Origin: Jimgerdemannia flammicorona
Taxonomy: Eukaryota
Assembly (NCBI GenBank): GCA_003990765.1
Contig: RBNJ01000006.1
Location: forward strand, 1 to 64,000
DNA length: 64,000 nt
Direction: 5' to 3'
The position numbers and the translations under genes were made by a program. Below the pieces are notes generated by a model. That model did no database searches, had not been told where the DNA came from, and saw only the letters and a program-made list of their open reading frames with translations. The stretch's first letter is position 1. Each line of letters starts with the position of its first letter. Shown here piece by piece: positions 26,082 to 39,000 of the stretch.

Positions 26082-27998
26082 ATGGATGGCAACAATTAAA
26101 CTGGTGAGTGTACAGGCCAGGGGGGTGATGGTGCCTTTGGCTGGCAGCAGATGAGAAGGAGGAGAGATGGTTTGGGAATGCTGGGGGCCATGATGGCTAG
26201 CTGAGGCCCTGGTGGTGGAGGGAGGGGTGGTCTGAGGCAGAGAGGAGGGGAGAGGTCGACCTTTGCTGATAAGATCAGAATGAGGAAGATGGCCTCTGGT
26301 TTAGATAGTTGGCTGGACCTGGGGAAGGCGTTGACAGCTGCTGCTGGGGAACAGGGAGGTGTGCCCAGAGGAGTTTCAGATGGTAGGAGAGGAGCAGGAG
26401 TAGGGACTGGAGATGTGACTGTTGATGGGACTGTGACTGGGGATCTGGCAAAAAATCCAGATGTGATGGCAGTTAACAATTCAGAACAGAGAGTTGGCAT
26501 AAGGCCTGGGGACCTGGCAGATGGGGTGATAGGTATGGTGTCAGCCCCATTACTCAAGAAGTCGAGGTTGGAATTCACAGTCACAATGTGCTTCTGGGGC
26601 TTGGCAGTGATGGCAAGGATGATTTTGGGTCTGGTAGCACAGGAGGCAAAGGGAGCAGCATCGGTGAAGTTTTTGAAGGGGAAGGAAGGGGTCAAGGTGG
26701 GGTTCGAGAAGGAAGACACCTTGCTGGCTGCCTTGGAGAAGGGGGTGACAGTTGGCAGGGTTGTGGTCTCTATGGCCAGGTGCATGTGCTGGGACCCCCA
26801 AGTGGTACAGTTGATGGTATTGGATCTCCCTATAGTGTCAAAGGAGAGGACCAGGGAGTTGGTTGTGGAGGTGATCAAGGAGTATGGAGAGATTGTGGAT
26901 ATTGAGTTCAAGGTCTGGGAGGGCATGGAGCTTCAGACTAGTGATGTCAATGTCAGGGTGAGACTGGCTGGGAAGGAGAATACGGGGAAGTTGAGGGACT
27001 GACCAGTGATGCTGAGGTGGGGACTAGTGGAGTACAAGGTCATGAGGGTGAAGGGGACCCAGGAAGAGGAGGAAGACCTGTTGGAGGCTCTGGAGGATCT
27101 GGAAGGGGCAGTTGCAAGGAGGAGATTGGGCTGGAAGGAGTTTGAGGCCAGGATGGTGGTGGGGGAGGTGGATGGGAAGAGGGTCCAGATGGAGAAGGGG
27201 GCCTGAGAGAAGATGCAGAGGAGGAAAATCCAGAAGGAGCTGCTGGTAAAGTTGGGTGAGGGTAGAGCTAGGAGAAGCTCAGGGGAGGGGGTTGCAGGAT
27301 TACAGGAGAGTGCCTGGGCTGAGGGGGCTGAAAGGGCCTGAGATGGGGCTCAGATTGGAGTGGAGGAGGAGAGGGAAGGCAATATGGAGGCTGATGCGGA
27401 AATGAGTGAAGGTGTATGCCCTCAATATAGTGTCCTGAGTGGAGCTGAGGGAGAGGAGGAGCTGCTGGATGTGCCAGATGAGGAGTGAGATGAGTCAGTG
27501 AGGAGGAGCATACTGGTGGATCCCGAGGTAGATGGGGGACAAATTGTTCAGGGTGTGGCAGAGGCAGTGGATGAGGAGAAGTGGATGTGGAAGACCCTGG
27601 AAGGGGTAGTGGCAGAAGAGCTGGGGGGAGAGGATTTCAGGGTTATGGAAGAGAGGCATTGGGAGGAGATCCTATGGGGGGAGGAGGTGTCAAGAAAGAT
27701 GAGGAATGAGATTCTGACTGTTCTCCTGGAGTTGGTTGAATATCAAGTCGATGATCAGAGAGAAGAGGAATATAGGAGGATTGCAAGTAACAGGGCATTA
27801 TACTTGTGGAACTCGAGGAAGAGACTGGAGAAGTGGCACACAGTCTACTTGGACTACTGGTCAGAGATAGAGGTAGTGGATGAGGTGGAATGTCAGGAAA
27901 TCTTGGAGGCACTGAATGCTCAGACTAATACAGAGGGTGACTTGGAAGCTAAACAGTGCTTGGATCTGGCTGGGGATGAGATGAGCATGGAATACTAG
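26082..27998 (+). pseudogene. LINE ORF1 (RRM-like), single frame with premature stops
   Basis: Track ORFs 26280, 27006 and 27498 are all in frame with ATG 26082; EVIKEYGEIVDI..TSDVNVRVRL resembles the L1/Tx1 ORF1 RRM region. Confidence 0.8.
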
Positions 27999-28029
27999 GC
28001 TGGGGTCTCTATTGCAACATTCCTTCAAA

Positions 28030-31000
28030 ATGAACAGTATAACTAGGATATTCTCTTTGAATGTAAATGGGTTACAGGGGGTGGCTAGGAGGAAGTATAT
28101 ATTTGGATGGCTTAAGGGACTGGATGCAGACCTCTTCTTGTTACAGGATGTTCATTATGAGGCAGATGTGGATTTACAGAATTGGACTAAGAAATGGGGG
28201 GGGGCGGCAGTATAGAGGGGAAAAGTGGGTATTCTCATTTAGAAAGGGATGGGGGACATTGGGGATATTGGACATTGGGGGTCTCAGGTGGTGTGGGGAG
28301 TGTAGAAGAGGCCTTGATGGTGCTTGTTGATAGTTGGGTCTTGTTACTGCCCAGCTGAGAGAGGGGAGAGAGTGGATTGGATTCGCAGGTTGAAAGAGGC
28401 TGGTGTCTTGGGAGAGGTTGGGTTGGACTGTATGGGGGGTGATTTCAACATGGTACGGGATAAGGAGATGGATAGGACAGATGGAGGGAGAGACATGTGG
28501 AGTGATAGTGGTGGGTTGGGTGACTGGTTGGAGATGGAGAGGTTGAGTTCTTTAGTGGACTCAGGAAGACAGTTTTGAGACAATAAGCAGGTGTACACCC
28601 ACTGAGTGGCAGGACTGGGCTACAGGATTGACTGGGTTTGATGGTGGAGTGTTGGGGAGCAGATGTCTGGATAGTGCTAGAGGTAGTTTGGTGTCTGTAG
28701 TCTGACTACTAGGGGCTGCTTGGAGGGGGGAGGTTTGGGGGAAGTGAGGATGGGCCTGGACATTGGTGGCTAAATTCTTCCTTGTTAGAGGATCAGGCTC
28801 TGTGGGAGGGTTGGGAAATGGAGGTTATTAGGAATATTAGAAGGTGGCAGGAACAGGGCCTGGGGATTGGGGACTACCAGAGGAGACTAAAGACAAATGC
28901 TCAGGGGTATTGGAGGGAAGCAGGGAAAGGAAGGTGTGCCCAGTGACAGCAGTGGGTGCTGTGGGCCTTGCAGCATCTGGCGGCACTCATGGGGAGATGG
29001 GCAGGTGTGCTTGAAGATGGGGAGGTGATTGATTGGCATATTGTGAGAATCCAAAAGGAGGTGGAGGAGCTTAAAGGAGTGTTACAAAGAGAGGAGGAGG
29101 TGAGGCTGCAGGGGATGGTGGCCCAACTGCAGTGGCAGGGGCTTGAGGAGGGGGAGAGGCCTACTAGGTTTTTGACATAGTTGTTATAAGCACAACAAAC
29201 AAAGTAGCAGTGGGAGAGAGTTCTGAATGTAAATAGTGAGCTGGTGGTGGGGACTCTGGTGATTCTGGGTTTACTGAGAACCTGTTGGGAGAATTTATAG
29301 AGTGAGGAGGAAGGAGGAGTGGATGCTTTGGACATTGAAAGGCAGCTGGGGAATTGGCACCCAAACCTGGTGATGGGCCTAGGGGCTTTGGGGGACCCAG
29401 TGAGTGGAGAGGAAATTTGCAAGATTGTGGCCTCGACAAGTAAGGGAATAGCTCCAGGGGAGGATGGCCTTCCCTGGGATTTTTGGAAGAAGATGGCTGG
29501 GGTGGGCAAGGTGCTAGAGGAAATGACCGCTATGTATGATGAGGTTCTTCAGTCTGGTTCTTAGATTGGGGGCCAGCACCTAGGGCTAGTCTTCTTGCTT
29601 TACAAGAATAAGGGGAGGTGGGAAGATTGGAAGAACTGGCAGTCGATCATGCTACTCAATATGGACCACAAACTGGTGACAAAGATCTTGGTGATGAGGC
29701 TGTAAGAAATTGCTCAGCAGGTGCTTGGTGTGGAGCAGCATGGGTTTGTCAGTGGCCAGTTGATTCATGATGGGACAGCTTGGGTACATGGAGTGATTGA
29801 AGGTGCCTGGACTACAGGGGTAGACAGCCGTTTGGTATTTCTGAATCAAGAGAAGGCTTATGATAGAGTGCAGAGGATCTGGCTAGAGAGAGTACTGAAA
29901 TGGATTGGTATCCCCCTGGGGTTCTGAGGATCATTGATCAGCCTCTTGGAGGACAGTCAGGCAGCATTAGTCATCAATAGCCACAGGGGGGTGACTTTTT
30001 CCCTGGGGTGTGGGGTGCCGCAGGGGGACCCATTGTCTCCCATATTGTATGCCCTTTTCTTGGAGCTCCTACTGGACAGGATTCGGCATCAGATTGGGGG
30101 TTTGGACATCTTAGGGATCAATTGGAAGGTGGGGGCCTTTGCTGATGATATAGTGGTCAGGCTGGGCTCCTTGATAGATGTGGGGGAGTTACAGAGGTCT
30201 GTGGAATAGTATGAGAGGGGTTCTGATGCTAAACTAAACTGGCACAAATGTGAGACTCTGGTGCTGGGTGCTGGAATTGCTGGTGGTGATGTAATTGGGA
30301 CAGTGGTACCAGCTGGCAAATCAGTGCATTACTTGGGGATCTACTTCTCGGTGTTCAGATCTCTTCTTCCCCATGCATGGTGGAACCAATGACTTCTGGA
30401 GTGGGGAAATGTTCTGCTGTAATGGAGAGGTAGACATATGTCCCTAGCTGGAAGGGTGATGGTGCTGAATGTATATTGGATACCAAAGCTGTAGTATTTG
30501 GGGTACCATTTGGATTTCCCTATTTGGGTGGTCAAGGGGCTGTTGAAGATGGTGAGGTCATGGATCTGGAGAGGGCAGCGAAGTCAGGTGGGTTGGGAGG
30601 TACTCACACTGCCCATGGAAAGAGGTGGGCTGGGCTTAGTTGACTTTACTAAGTGGCTTCACTGCTTGAGAGCTTGGTGGTTGAGGAGGGCAAGTGAGCT
30701 GAGGGGCTGGGAGTGGATACCACTCATGCAGAGATTGTGGGAGGTTTGGTATTCCCCTTGTGGTGACTCTGGTGATCTGCTTGCCATGGTCTCCATGAAT
30801 GGGAGCAGGAGAATGCAGTTTATGGGTTTCTGGTGGGGGGTGGTGGATGGTGCTAAGAAAATTGGACTTTGGTGGTGAGGTGATGAAGCCAAGGAGGATT
30901 GGGGACTGCAGATATGGCAGTGGGACAGGCTTCTACTGGGTGGTGTTCTGGTGGAGGATTTTCAGCTTGGCGAGAGTATGGAGTGCCTGCAGGGCTTGGG

Positions 31001-31541
31001 TGGAGACCTGTGGCCCAAGGCCTAGCAGAGGACTGGAATTGGTGAGGAGTGGGATTGGAATGGACTCTGGTAGTGGAGTGACTGGGTGAGGCAGTGGCTG
31101 CCCCCCAAGTTCTGGGTGGTGTGGTGGTGAGTCCTATGGCAGAATGTAATATTGAACTATCAGTCTGGGAACTTGGTGGATGGTGGAGTACTTGAGTGTG
31201 AGGAATGTTTCAATGTTGGTCAGGAGGGAGGAGTGGTACAAACACCTGAACATTGGCTTGGCGAGTGTGAGGTTTTGGAGGAGTTTTGGAGATGTATCAT
31301 AGAATGGCTAGGGCTGTGTGCCTTGGAGGGAGGGGAAGGGGGGAGATGGGGAAAGCTCTGCCAGAGACTGGTGGGTGGGATTGGGGATGAATGGCTGACC
31401 CTTGATTGGGCTCTGGCCATATGGGTTGGGTTGGCTGGGCATTGGGTTCATGTATTTGAGGAGGGATGGTGGGTTGGAGTTTGGGTTAAGGTGACATATT
31501 GGGAATGGTTATTGTTGGACATTTTGAATAGCTGGTGGTGA
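28030..31541 (+). pseudogene. LINE ORF2: APE endonuclease - reverse transcriptase - CCHC finger
   Basis: IFSLNVNGL, LLQDVH, GGDFN, RIDW, APGEDGLP, LN QEKAYDRV, GVPQGDPLSP, FADD, YLGI, RGGLGL, CEEC..TPEHWLGEC. Many stops; about one net frameshift at 28600-28950. Confidence 0.93.
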
Positions 31542-31555
31542 GGGTGGGGGCTGGG

Positions 31556-31779
31556 TGGGGGGAATCACAGGGGTTTGGTACAGTATATCTCCCAGAAGAG
31601 TGGTGGGAGGATTTGGGTGGTGGGTGATTGGGTTGTGCTCAGGCAGGGAGAGGTCGAGGGGGGAGGGTGGGGGAATCACAGGGGTTTGGTACAGTATATC
31701 TCCCAGAAGAGTGGTGGGAGGATTTGGGTGGTGGGTGATTGGGTTGTGCTCAGGCAGGGAGAGGTCGAGGGGGGAGGGT
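31556..31779 (+). repeat. Perfect 111-bp tandem duplication in LINE 3'UTR
   Basis: GGAATCACAGGGG... recurs at 31561 and 31672 with no differences seen. Confidence 0.9.
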
Positions 31780-31867
31780 TGGGTCTACAGGGCATTGATT
31801 GAGGGTTTGGGGTGACATTGTATTGTTAGAATTATAGACAGCAGTAATAAAGGGCAGTCTAAGGGAC

Positions 31868-31932
<65 letters not shown>

Positions 31933-32519
31933 TGGATAACTTGAAATTGGTGGCTTATTTCTTAAGTAGCAGATTTCTCTTCAAAAGGCAGTAAAGTTCT
32001 TCCTTGAACTTTGGTGGCAAATCTTCAGGCTTATCTGACAAGTAAACCAAAAATGTAACAAACTCTTCTTTGTATTAGAAAGTGGACTGGAGTGGAAAGG
32101 GGACCAATGTTCGATCTTTAGAGACTTTTTTGGTATTTGTATTTTAGACTGAGGTTTATTCAATCTTATCTTTAGGGTATTTTATATATTGTGGTTGCTA
32201 TCTGGTTGATATCTGGATAATTATAGATTTACTATTTCTGGTAATATTTGCATATATCCATAGGACATAAGTATATCCACAGTATATGAGTATGTCTGCA
32301 GGACATGATTGTGTCTGCAGGATATGAGTATATCTATCAGACACAGGTGTGTCTTTAGGATACAAATAAACAACTCTTATTCAGCATCCTGGCTAATTAT
32401 AAGTACGATGTGCATGAGTAACTATACTATGCTGAGAGTTCATATCATCTGGCTTTATTATACTATTTGCTTGCCACATCAGCCCCTACTGAAGGATGGT
32501 CTGTCTCAGACTATTCTAT

Positions 32520-33038
32520 AGTTATATATCATCCCAATAAGTATAAGCAGCTTCTACATCTATATCTGTTCCATCATCTTCATTATCTGTACTATGTTCA
32601 CTCCATTCTAAAGACTGTTCTTCTTTCTTAGAAAATAGGATCTCAACTTAGTAAATGATACTGAGGTAGGTGGGCAGGGTCATTCTTTAGAGATCATTTA
32701 GGGAGAACTGGGCCTGGATTAGAGCCGAAGGGTTTTATTTATAAATTGTATATAATCTTTCTACAGTGGTAGTATTCCTTCTGTTCAGGCCAGTGGTATT
32801 GTAGACATAGGTCAGGTCTGAGAGGGGAAGATTCTGCAATTGTTCTCCAATTACATAGTAGGTCTACAGCTGGTGGACCTGGAGTAGTCTCTTGGCCAGA
32901 GTGAGGTTTTCTTGATGGACCTGGATTCTTTAGAGATATGTTCCATTGGGCTCTCAGAACTGTGACAGGAGAACTGGTAGAACTTGGAGAGAATCAAGGA
33001 CAAGAGTCTGAAGGCAGTTGTCAATTCTCTGGTTCATA
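32520..33038 (-). pseudogene. Accessory ORF downstream of integrase, family C copy 2
   Basis: MNQRIDNCLQTLVL...TYYVIGEQLQNLP...ERLYTIYK*NPSALIQAQFS...; colinear with 53032-53547. Confidence 0.75.
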
Positions 33039-36000
33039 GTGGGGGAGATATATCTTAAGGCAGTTGATGTATACTGGTGTCCTAAGAGTTCATTCATCTA
33101 TGTTTCTTAAATAGATGCTGGTTCCTCTGATATTGTGTACAAGGTAAGGTCCTTCTCATTTGGGCTCCAGTTTGGTGGTAAGTTTGTTTCAATCATACTT
33201 CTCCAAACTAGTACTTGATCTCCAATCTTGATCTCATAATCCTTCTACTTCTAGTCATAGTACTTTTTTTATCTTTCTTGGGCTTTGATAATCTGAGCTT
33301 GAGCTTGATTATATAACTATTCTGCCTTCTTGAGGAGGTCTCTGAGATTCTCATAGTCAGTAGTTCTGGTTCTTTTGGCAAACATTATTTTGAATAACTT
33401 TTGTTTAGTAGAGATATAGCAGGGGTGTTCTAAATTTCCCATAAGATCTCAGATAAGCAAAGGTCCCAGTTGATAGAATTGACTTGGGCAAGTTCTCTCT
33501 TGATAGTCTGGTTCATTATTTCTGTCATACCATTGGTCTGGGGGTGGTATAATATGGTTCATTTGAGATAGATCTTGTAAATTCAGACATAACTTATAAT
33601 TATATTATTGATGAATTCTATGTCTCAGTCAGAGATAAGTTCTTCTGGGAGTTCATATCTGAGTGTGAGTCTATAGAGATGGCCTATACAATGGTTAAGA
33701 CATCTGCAATTTCCATTGGAAAAGCCTCAGACCACTTAGTCAGATATTCTATAAATATAATATGTACTTGTTTCTTCTTAGTATAACTAATAGGGGTCTA
33801 ATTACATCTACTTCCCATCTCTGAAGGATGTTGTCTGGTGGTATGATTGATTGTAGTAGTGCTTGATGGTTCTTCCTTCCTTGGTACTTCTAGCAGGTAT
33901 CATATTTCTTGAGTATATCCTGGACTTGAGTTCTAAGGTTGGGCCAATATTGGTATATTGTTTACAGCTTTTCTTCTATATTTACCTGTCCTTGGTGGGC
34001 TTTTTGATATTTTTTTCAGATGAGATCTTCATGTATCTTGATGGTCTGAGAAGCTTCCTTTAGGGTATAGTTCCTTGGAACATCCTTCTTCTAGTTCATT
34101 AGGACTGGCAGGAAAGTACATCAATATTATTGTAAGTTTTTCCTACTTTGTGGATGATGGTGATTTTGTAATCCTGAAGGATAAGGATCTAGTGGACTAG
34201 GATTCTAGTAGGTTTCTTGTAGTTGAATAGCTATTTGAGAGCTGTATGATCTGTTATCAGAGTGAATTTTTTTCTGATAAAGTAATGCTTAAACAGAGTG
34301 ACTGCTATATATATAACTGCAAGTTTGGTGCTGCCATAGTTTATCTACTACTGATTTGTAGCTCAGCTTATATAAGCTATTATATAATGTTATTGGGCAA
34401 GTTCTTCTTAGGCTAGAACTGCTCCTAGGCTAACTTTGGAAGTATTTGTGTATAAGATAAATGGCTTCTATAGATTGGAGTACATAACGACTGGTGCTGT
34501 AGTTATGCAGTTCTTAAGTTCTTTGAAGACTTTTTCTTGCAATTCCATCTATTTGTAAGGTACTCCTTTCTTGAGAAGGATTTGAATTGAGGCAGTAATT
34601 TGGACAAAGTCCTTGATAAACCTTCTGTAGTAGGATAATAGTATCAGGAATGAGAAGGTTTCCTTTGGGGTCTTGGGTACTGGCCAATTGTTGATCGTCT
34701 TAGTTTTCTTTGAGTCTGTATGAATTCCTATTTCAAAACTATAAATCCAAAGAATTCAAGTTTCTGTTTTTCAAAATAATATTACTCAGTATTGAGTCTT
34801 AGGTAGTTCTTGCAGATGAGCTTGAAGAATTCTTCTAGATAGTATAGGTATTCTCTGAAATTTGCTAAATAGATGTTGGAATCATCTATGTATACAATCA
34901 GGCAGTAGTAGATCAGGGGGGTATAGACCAAATTCATCATTCTCTGGAAGGTGAGAGGTATATTGCAGAGTCCAAAGGGCATTCAGAGGTATTCAAACAG
35001 TTTTTCTAGAGTAAGAAAGGCTGTCTTTTGAATGTCTTTTGGGTCTATGAGGATCTCATAAAATCCTGCAAAAAGGTCTATACTGCTGAAATATCTGATA
35101 TCTTATAACTGGTCCAAGAGGTCATCAATTCTGAGCAAAGGATAGATATTCTTTTTAGTGACTGAATTGAGTTTTCTATAATCTATGTAGAGTCTCCATC
35201 CTCCTTTCTTTGGTACAATAAGTATAGGACTGGCCCAAGGACTAGTTGAGGGTCAGATGACTATATTGTCTAAGAGTTCTTAAATATGCTCCTTTTCAAA
35301 TATCTTTAGGTGATGGGGTATTCTATAGGATTTCTGTTGGATGGGTGTTATATTTTCTGTATTTATACTGTAGTGATATGATGGGTTGTATGGTAGGTTG
35401 CCATAATTAGTAGTGAAGATATCTTGATATTTGTTGAGAAGCTCTACTAGTTGTTGCTGTTGCTGGGGTATCAATTCTTCTCCAATATTGGTAGAAGACT
35501 TCACTATCTCCTGGGTCGCAGAGGGGCCTTTCCTGTCTTCTGGGACCTTTTGCCATTTCCTGATAAGTTTAGTTTATAAACTTCTTGATGAGTTTAGTTG
35601 AGAAAAGGCACTAGATGTCCTATGATAGTTCCTTTTGACAAAATGATGGTTTCCCAACTTTGGTTGGTTGCTCAGGAGTGTACTGGGTTTATCTTGTCAG
35701 AGAATGTATGTCCTCCTATATCCAGGTTTAGGATATCTTCATTGGGTTTAAAGAAGAGGTTTCTGGGGTCAGGTGGTAAAAATATTTCAAAGATGGTTTG
35801 CTCTCCAGGCTCCAGGATGAGATTCTTATACAGTTTAACTGGTTGGCAGTATACTTGCTAGGGAACATTCCTCTTGAGGTAATTCACTTAAAGGAGGTAT
35901 ACTTCCTTCTTGTCTGAGCTTCCAAATTCTTTAGCTTGTCTTGTTCCTTCAGTCAGTTCAGAGACTTCTTATAATTGTGGAGTCTTGACTTTTATAAAGA

Positions 36001-39000
36001 CTCCTTGGGCAATTTTCTGTCCACTCATGATTCAGTACCATTCTGTACTACTGTTGTACAGAATGACCTTGATTTTGCCTATATATCCTGAGTCAATAGC
36101 TTCTCCTTCTATAGTTATTCCTTGTCTGATGAGTCCAGATCTTAAGGTCAGTTGAATGTAAGTTCCTTGAGGTGGCTGCATAGCTAGTTCAGTTCTGATC
36201 ATGATTCCAGGCTTAATGGATCCATTCTCCAGACTGTAAAGATTATATCCTATATCTTCTGGGTGAGCTTTGGTTGGAGGTTGGGCCTTGGGATGTAGCA
36301 GGGCATACTGGACAACATCCTTACTGAGTTCAGGCTGTTCTTAGGCTGAAGTTTCACTAGTAGAGAGCCTCCAAACTCTGAGGTTGAGGCATCTTCTGCC
36401 CATCCTTAGCAGGTTGTATATCTAATGAGAGCTAAGATGTCTTCTCCTAAATTATAAATCTTAAGGGTCCTTTTTCCTGGCTTCTTTGTTTGGCTTTTTC
36501 AAATCTGACCTCTGTTATCTCCTCTCTTTAAGGTGTGGATTGCAATATCATGACTGAGGTGGATCCTCTGATATCTGCAATCTCAGCAGTCTGGGTGTCT
36601 TCTATAGTTACAATATCCCATTACTTGAAAATGCTATTTCTGATTGTTGATCTCTTATTGTCTTAGGAATCTATATTCATCTTAGTCATAAGTTGGGAGA
36701 GTAGACAAGAAGTATACTTCTGTTTGGGTGAAGAGACCTTATCCTCTAAAACGACTTTATAACTTAGTGATAACTTCTTGAAAGATAGTTGACTGTGTAA
36801 CTATAGTCAGAGTTTCTGGTCTTTGGGGTCTCTCTGGTCTAGTAGATAGTACTGATAGCAGTAGTCTTGGGAAGAGTGGAAGACTATTTGATGTAGATAT
36901 CTTCCTAGCCAAAATGCCCTTTCTTGATGAGTTTCTTTTAGAAATAATGGGAATATACTAGGTCCTTCCTCAACATTCCAGGGGTCATTATCTTTGAGTG
37001 GTGTCCAGTAATAGTCATCTCAGGGGATGAGTTCAGGAACCTCTTCTTCTTTGGATACTTCTTGTTCAAAAACCTCCTGTTTAGGGACTTCTTCTTCCTC
37101 AGATAATTCTTGATCCCAAATTGCTTATACTTCTGCAGCTTTAGCTACAGATGTCTCTGGGATATATCTGCATTTCATCTTCTTTCTTCTGCACTCAGGG
37201 CAGGCTATGCTAGGTGAATTCCTTATCCCAATGATCTTAGAGGAGTGCTTGGAGCATTTGTATCTCTTGAGGCAGATAGGGCATCCTTTGATTTCTCCTG
37301 CAATAGCTCCAATAGTAATGGAGACAGTGTTCTTGGCCCACACATTGTCTTCTGGCCTGTCATCTATCAGATTGATTTATGGATTGAGTCTGGGATCATT
37401 TCCATCTTTGGATTCTTCTTCCTCTTCTATGGTAGATCCTTCACTACTGGTATATTCTTCCTAGATTGTAACCTTCTTCTTCTTCTTTAATTGCTCATAG
37501 CTGGTCATCTTAACTCTTTACTTCTTGTCTTAGTAGTCAAACTTGAGTACTTATTGACCAAATCAACAACTGCATTCATTTCCTTCATTCAGTTAGTGCC
37601 AAGGATCATGTCATAGGTGACAGTTTAGTAATGATAGCTTTTGGAATAGAGAATTGAATGTGTCTGGGGGAGATGGTAATGTTTCATACTTCCCCAAGAG
37701 GTTGAGTTCAGGCTCCATCTGCTACTATGATGCTGAGATTGGATGGTCCATCAATGGGCCATTGGAGGGTATCCAGTAATTATTTAGCAATGATACAGAT
37801 AGCTGCTCCTGTATCCATGAGAATTTTCGCCTTTTGTCCTCTAATATCTCCATATAAGTAGGTGCTGACATGTCTCTCTGCAGCTTGGATAGGTGTGGGA
37901 GCAGGTTCTTGCTATGAAATGAGGACCCAGCCAGTTCTAGACCTAGTTGTCCTCAGCAATTTGTTTTAAACTCCAGCTGATATCAGTTGTAGGAACTATA
38001 GGAGAGGGACTTCTATCTTGACTTCTTGAATCTTCTGCCAGACTTTATTGTAGATATCTCTGGGCATGGTCTTCAGGGTGTACTTCTTCTTGGGCTTTGG
38101 AGCAGTAGATTCCTGTTCTTCTTGCTCTATTTCTTCATCTTCTAGTAATAGCCCATTTGTCTTAGAGACAAAAGGTAAGAGAATCCAGGGAGGTGTTTTC
38201 TACTTATTCTTCTTCATATTCTTCATCTTCTTCTTGGATAATTCTTCTGCTGATATTCCTGGATGACCTTTCTATAGGTCTCTTCCTTTTCTCTGCTAGG
38301 TAGACTATTTTTCAGATAGTAACTTTGGCAGGGTATAAGTTTAGATCACTGTAGTCTTCACTATTGCTTGCTTTTTCAAAATTTTTGATAGGATGGGCTT
38401 CAGTCTTCTTGTACTGAGTATAATTCCTTCAATTTGATGGTTCTGAGTCTCTTTAGTCACTTTTTTTATTATCACATTTAGTAGTATAGTGTTCAAATTG
38501 TCCATAGTAGAAGTATTGGACTTAGGCTCTGTCTCAGGCAGAATATCTTCTTTCTTCTTACTGATAGTTCCTGTTATCTCTTGGTGGATAACCTTGGCTC
38601 CTCTGAGGTGGGTTTTCTCTGTTATCTTGATAACTCTGATTTTCACATATAGTGAGTATTTCAAGCTGTCCAACCAATCTGTCCAACTTAGAACTAAGGT
38701 CTTATATTTCCCTCCTATCCTTCTTTCCTTCCTTGGCTAGTCTTCTTTCTTCAGATCTTTCTTATCCTTGAAGAAGTCCTTGTAGGGCTTTGACCAGAAT
38801 ATCTTCTTTATTATCCTTATTGTTATGATCACTCCAGGTAGTTCCTTGTCTAATATCAAAGAATTCTTAGACTGCACCTATCTGCTCTTCAGACCTTCTT
38901 ATGTCTTGGTTGGTGGCATTGAATCCAGCTGTATGTATTCTCTTTTAGATTCTTGTAAAGAAGACTCTAGGTGATTCTTCAAGATTCATCTTCATCTCAA

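Larger units (their letters stand above)
25996..31928 (+). mobile_element. Full-length L1/Tx1-like LINE (~5.9 kb), inactivated
   Basis: 15-bp TSD AATGTGGATAACTTG (25981-25995 / 31929-31943), two ORFs, AATAAA near 31845, ~60-nt poly(A). Confidence 0.95.

Noticed and set aside
26096-26926. 276-aa antisense ORF (and 6814-7383, 28901-29509)
   Set aside because: Shadow frames of G-rich LINE ORFs; low stop probability explains them.
6532-31943. Sequence-specific (Tx1-type) LINE targeting
   Set aside because: The three TSDs share only a leading AA; the targets are unrelated sequences.
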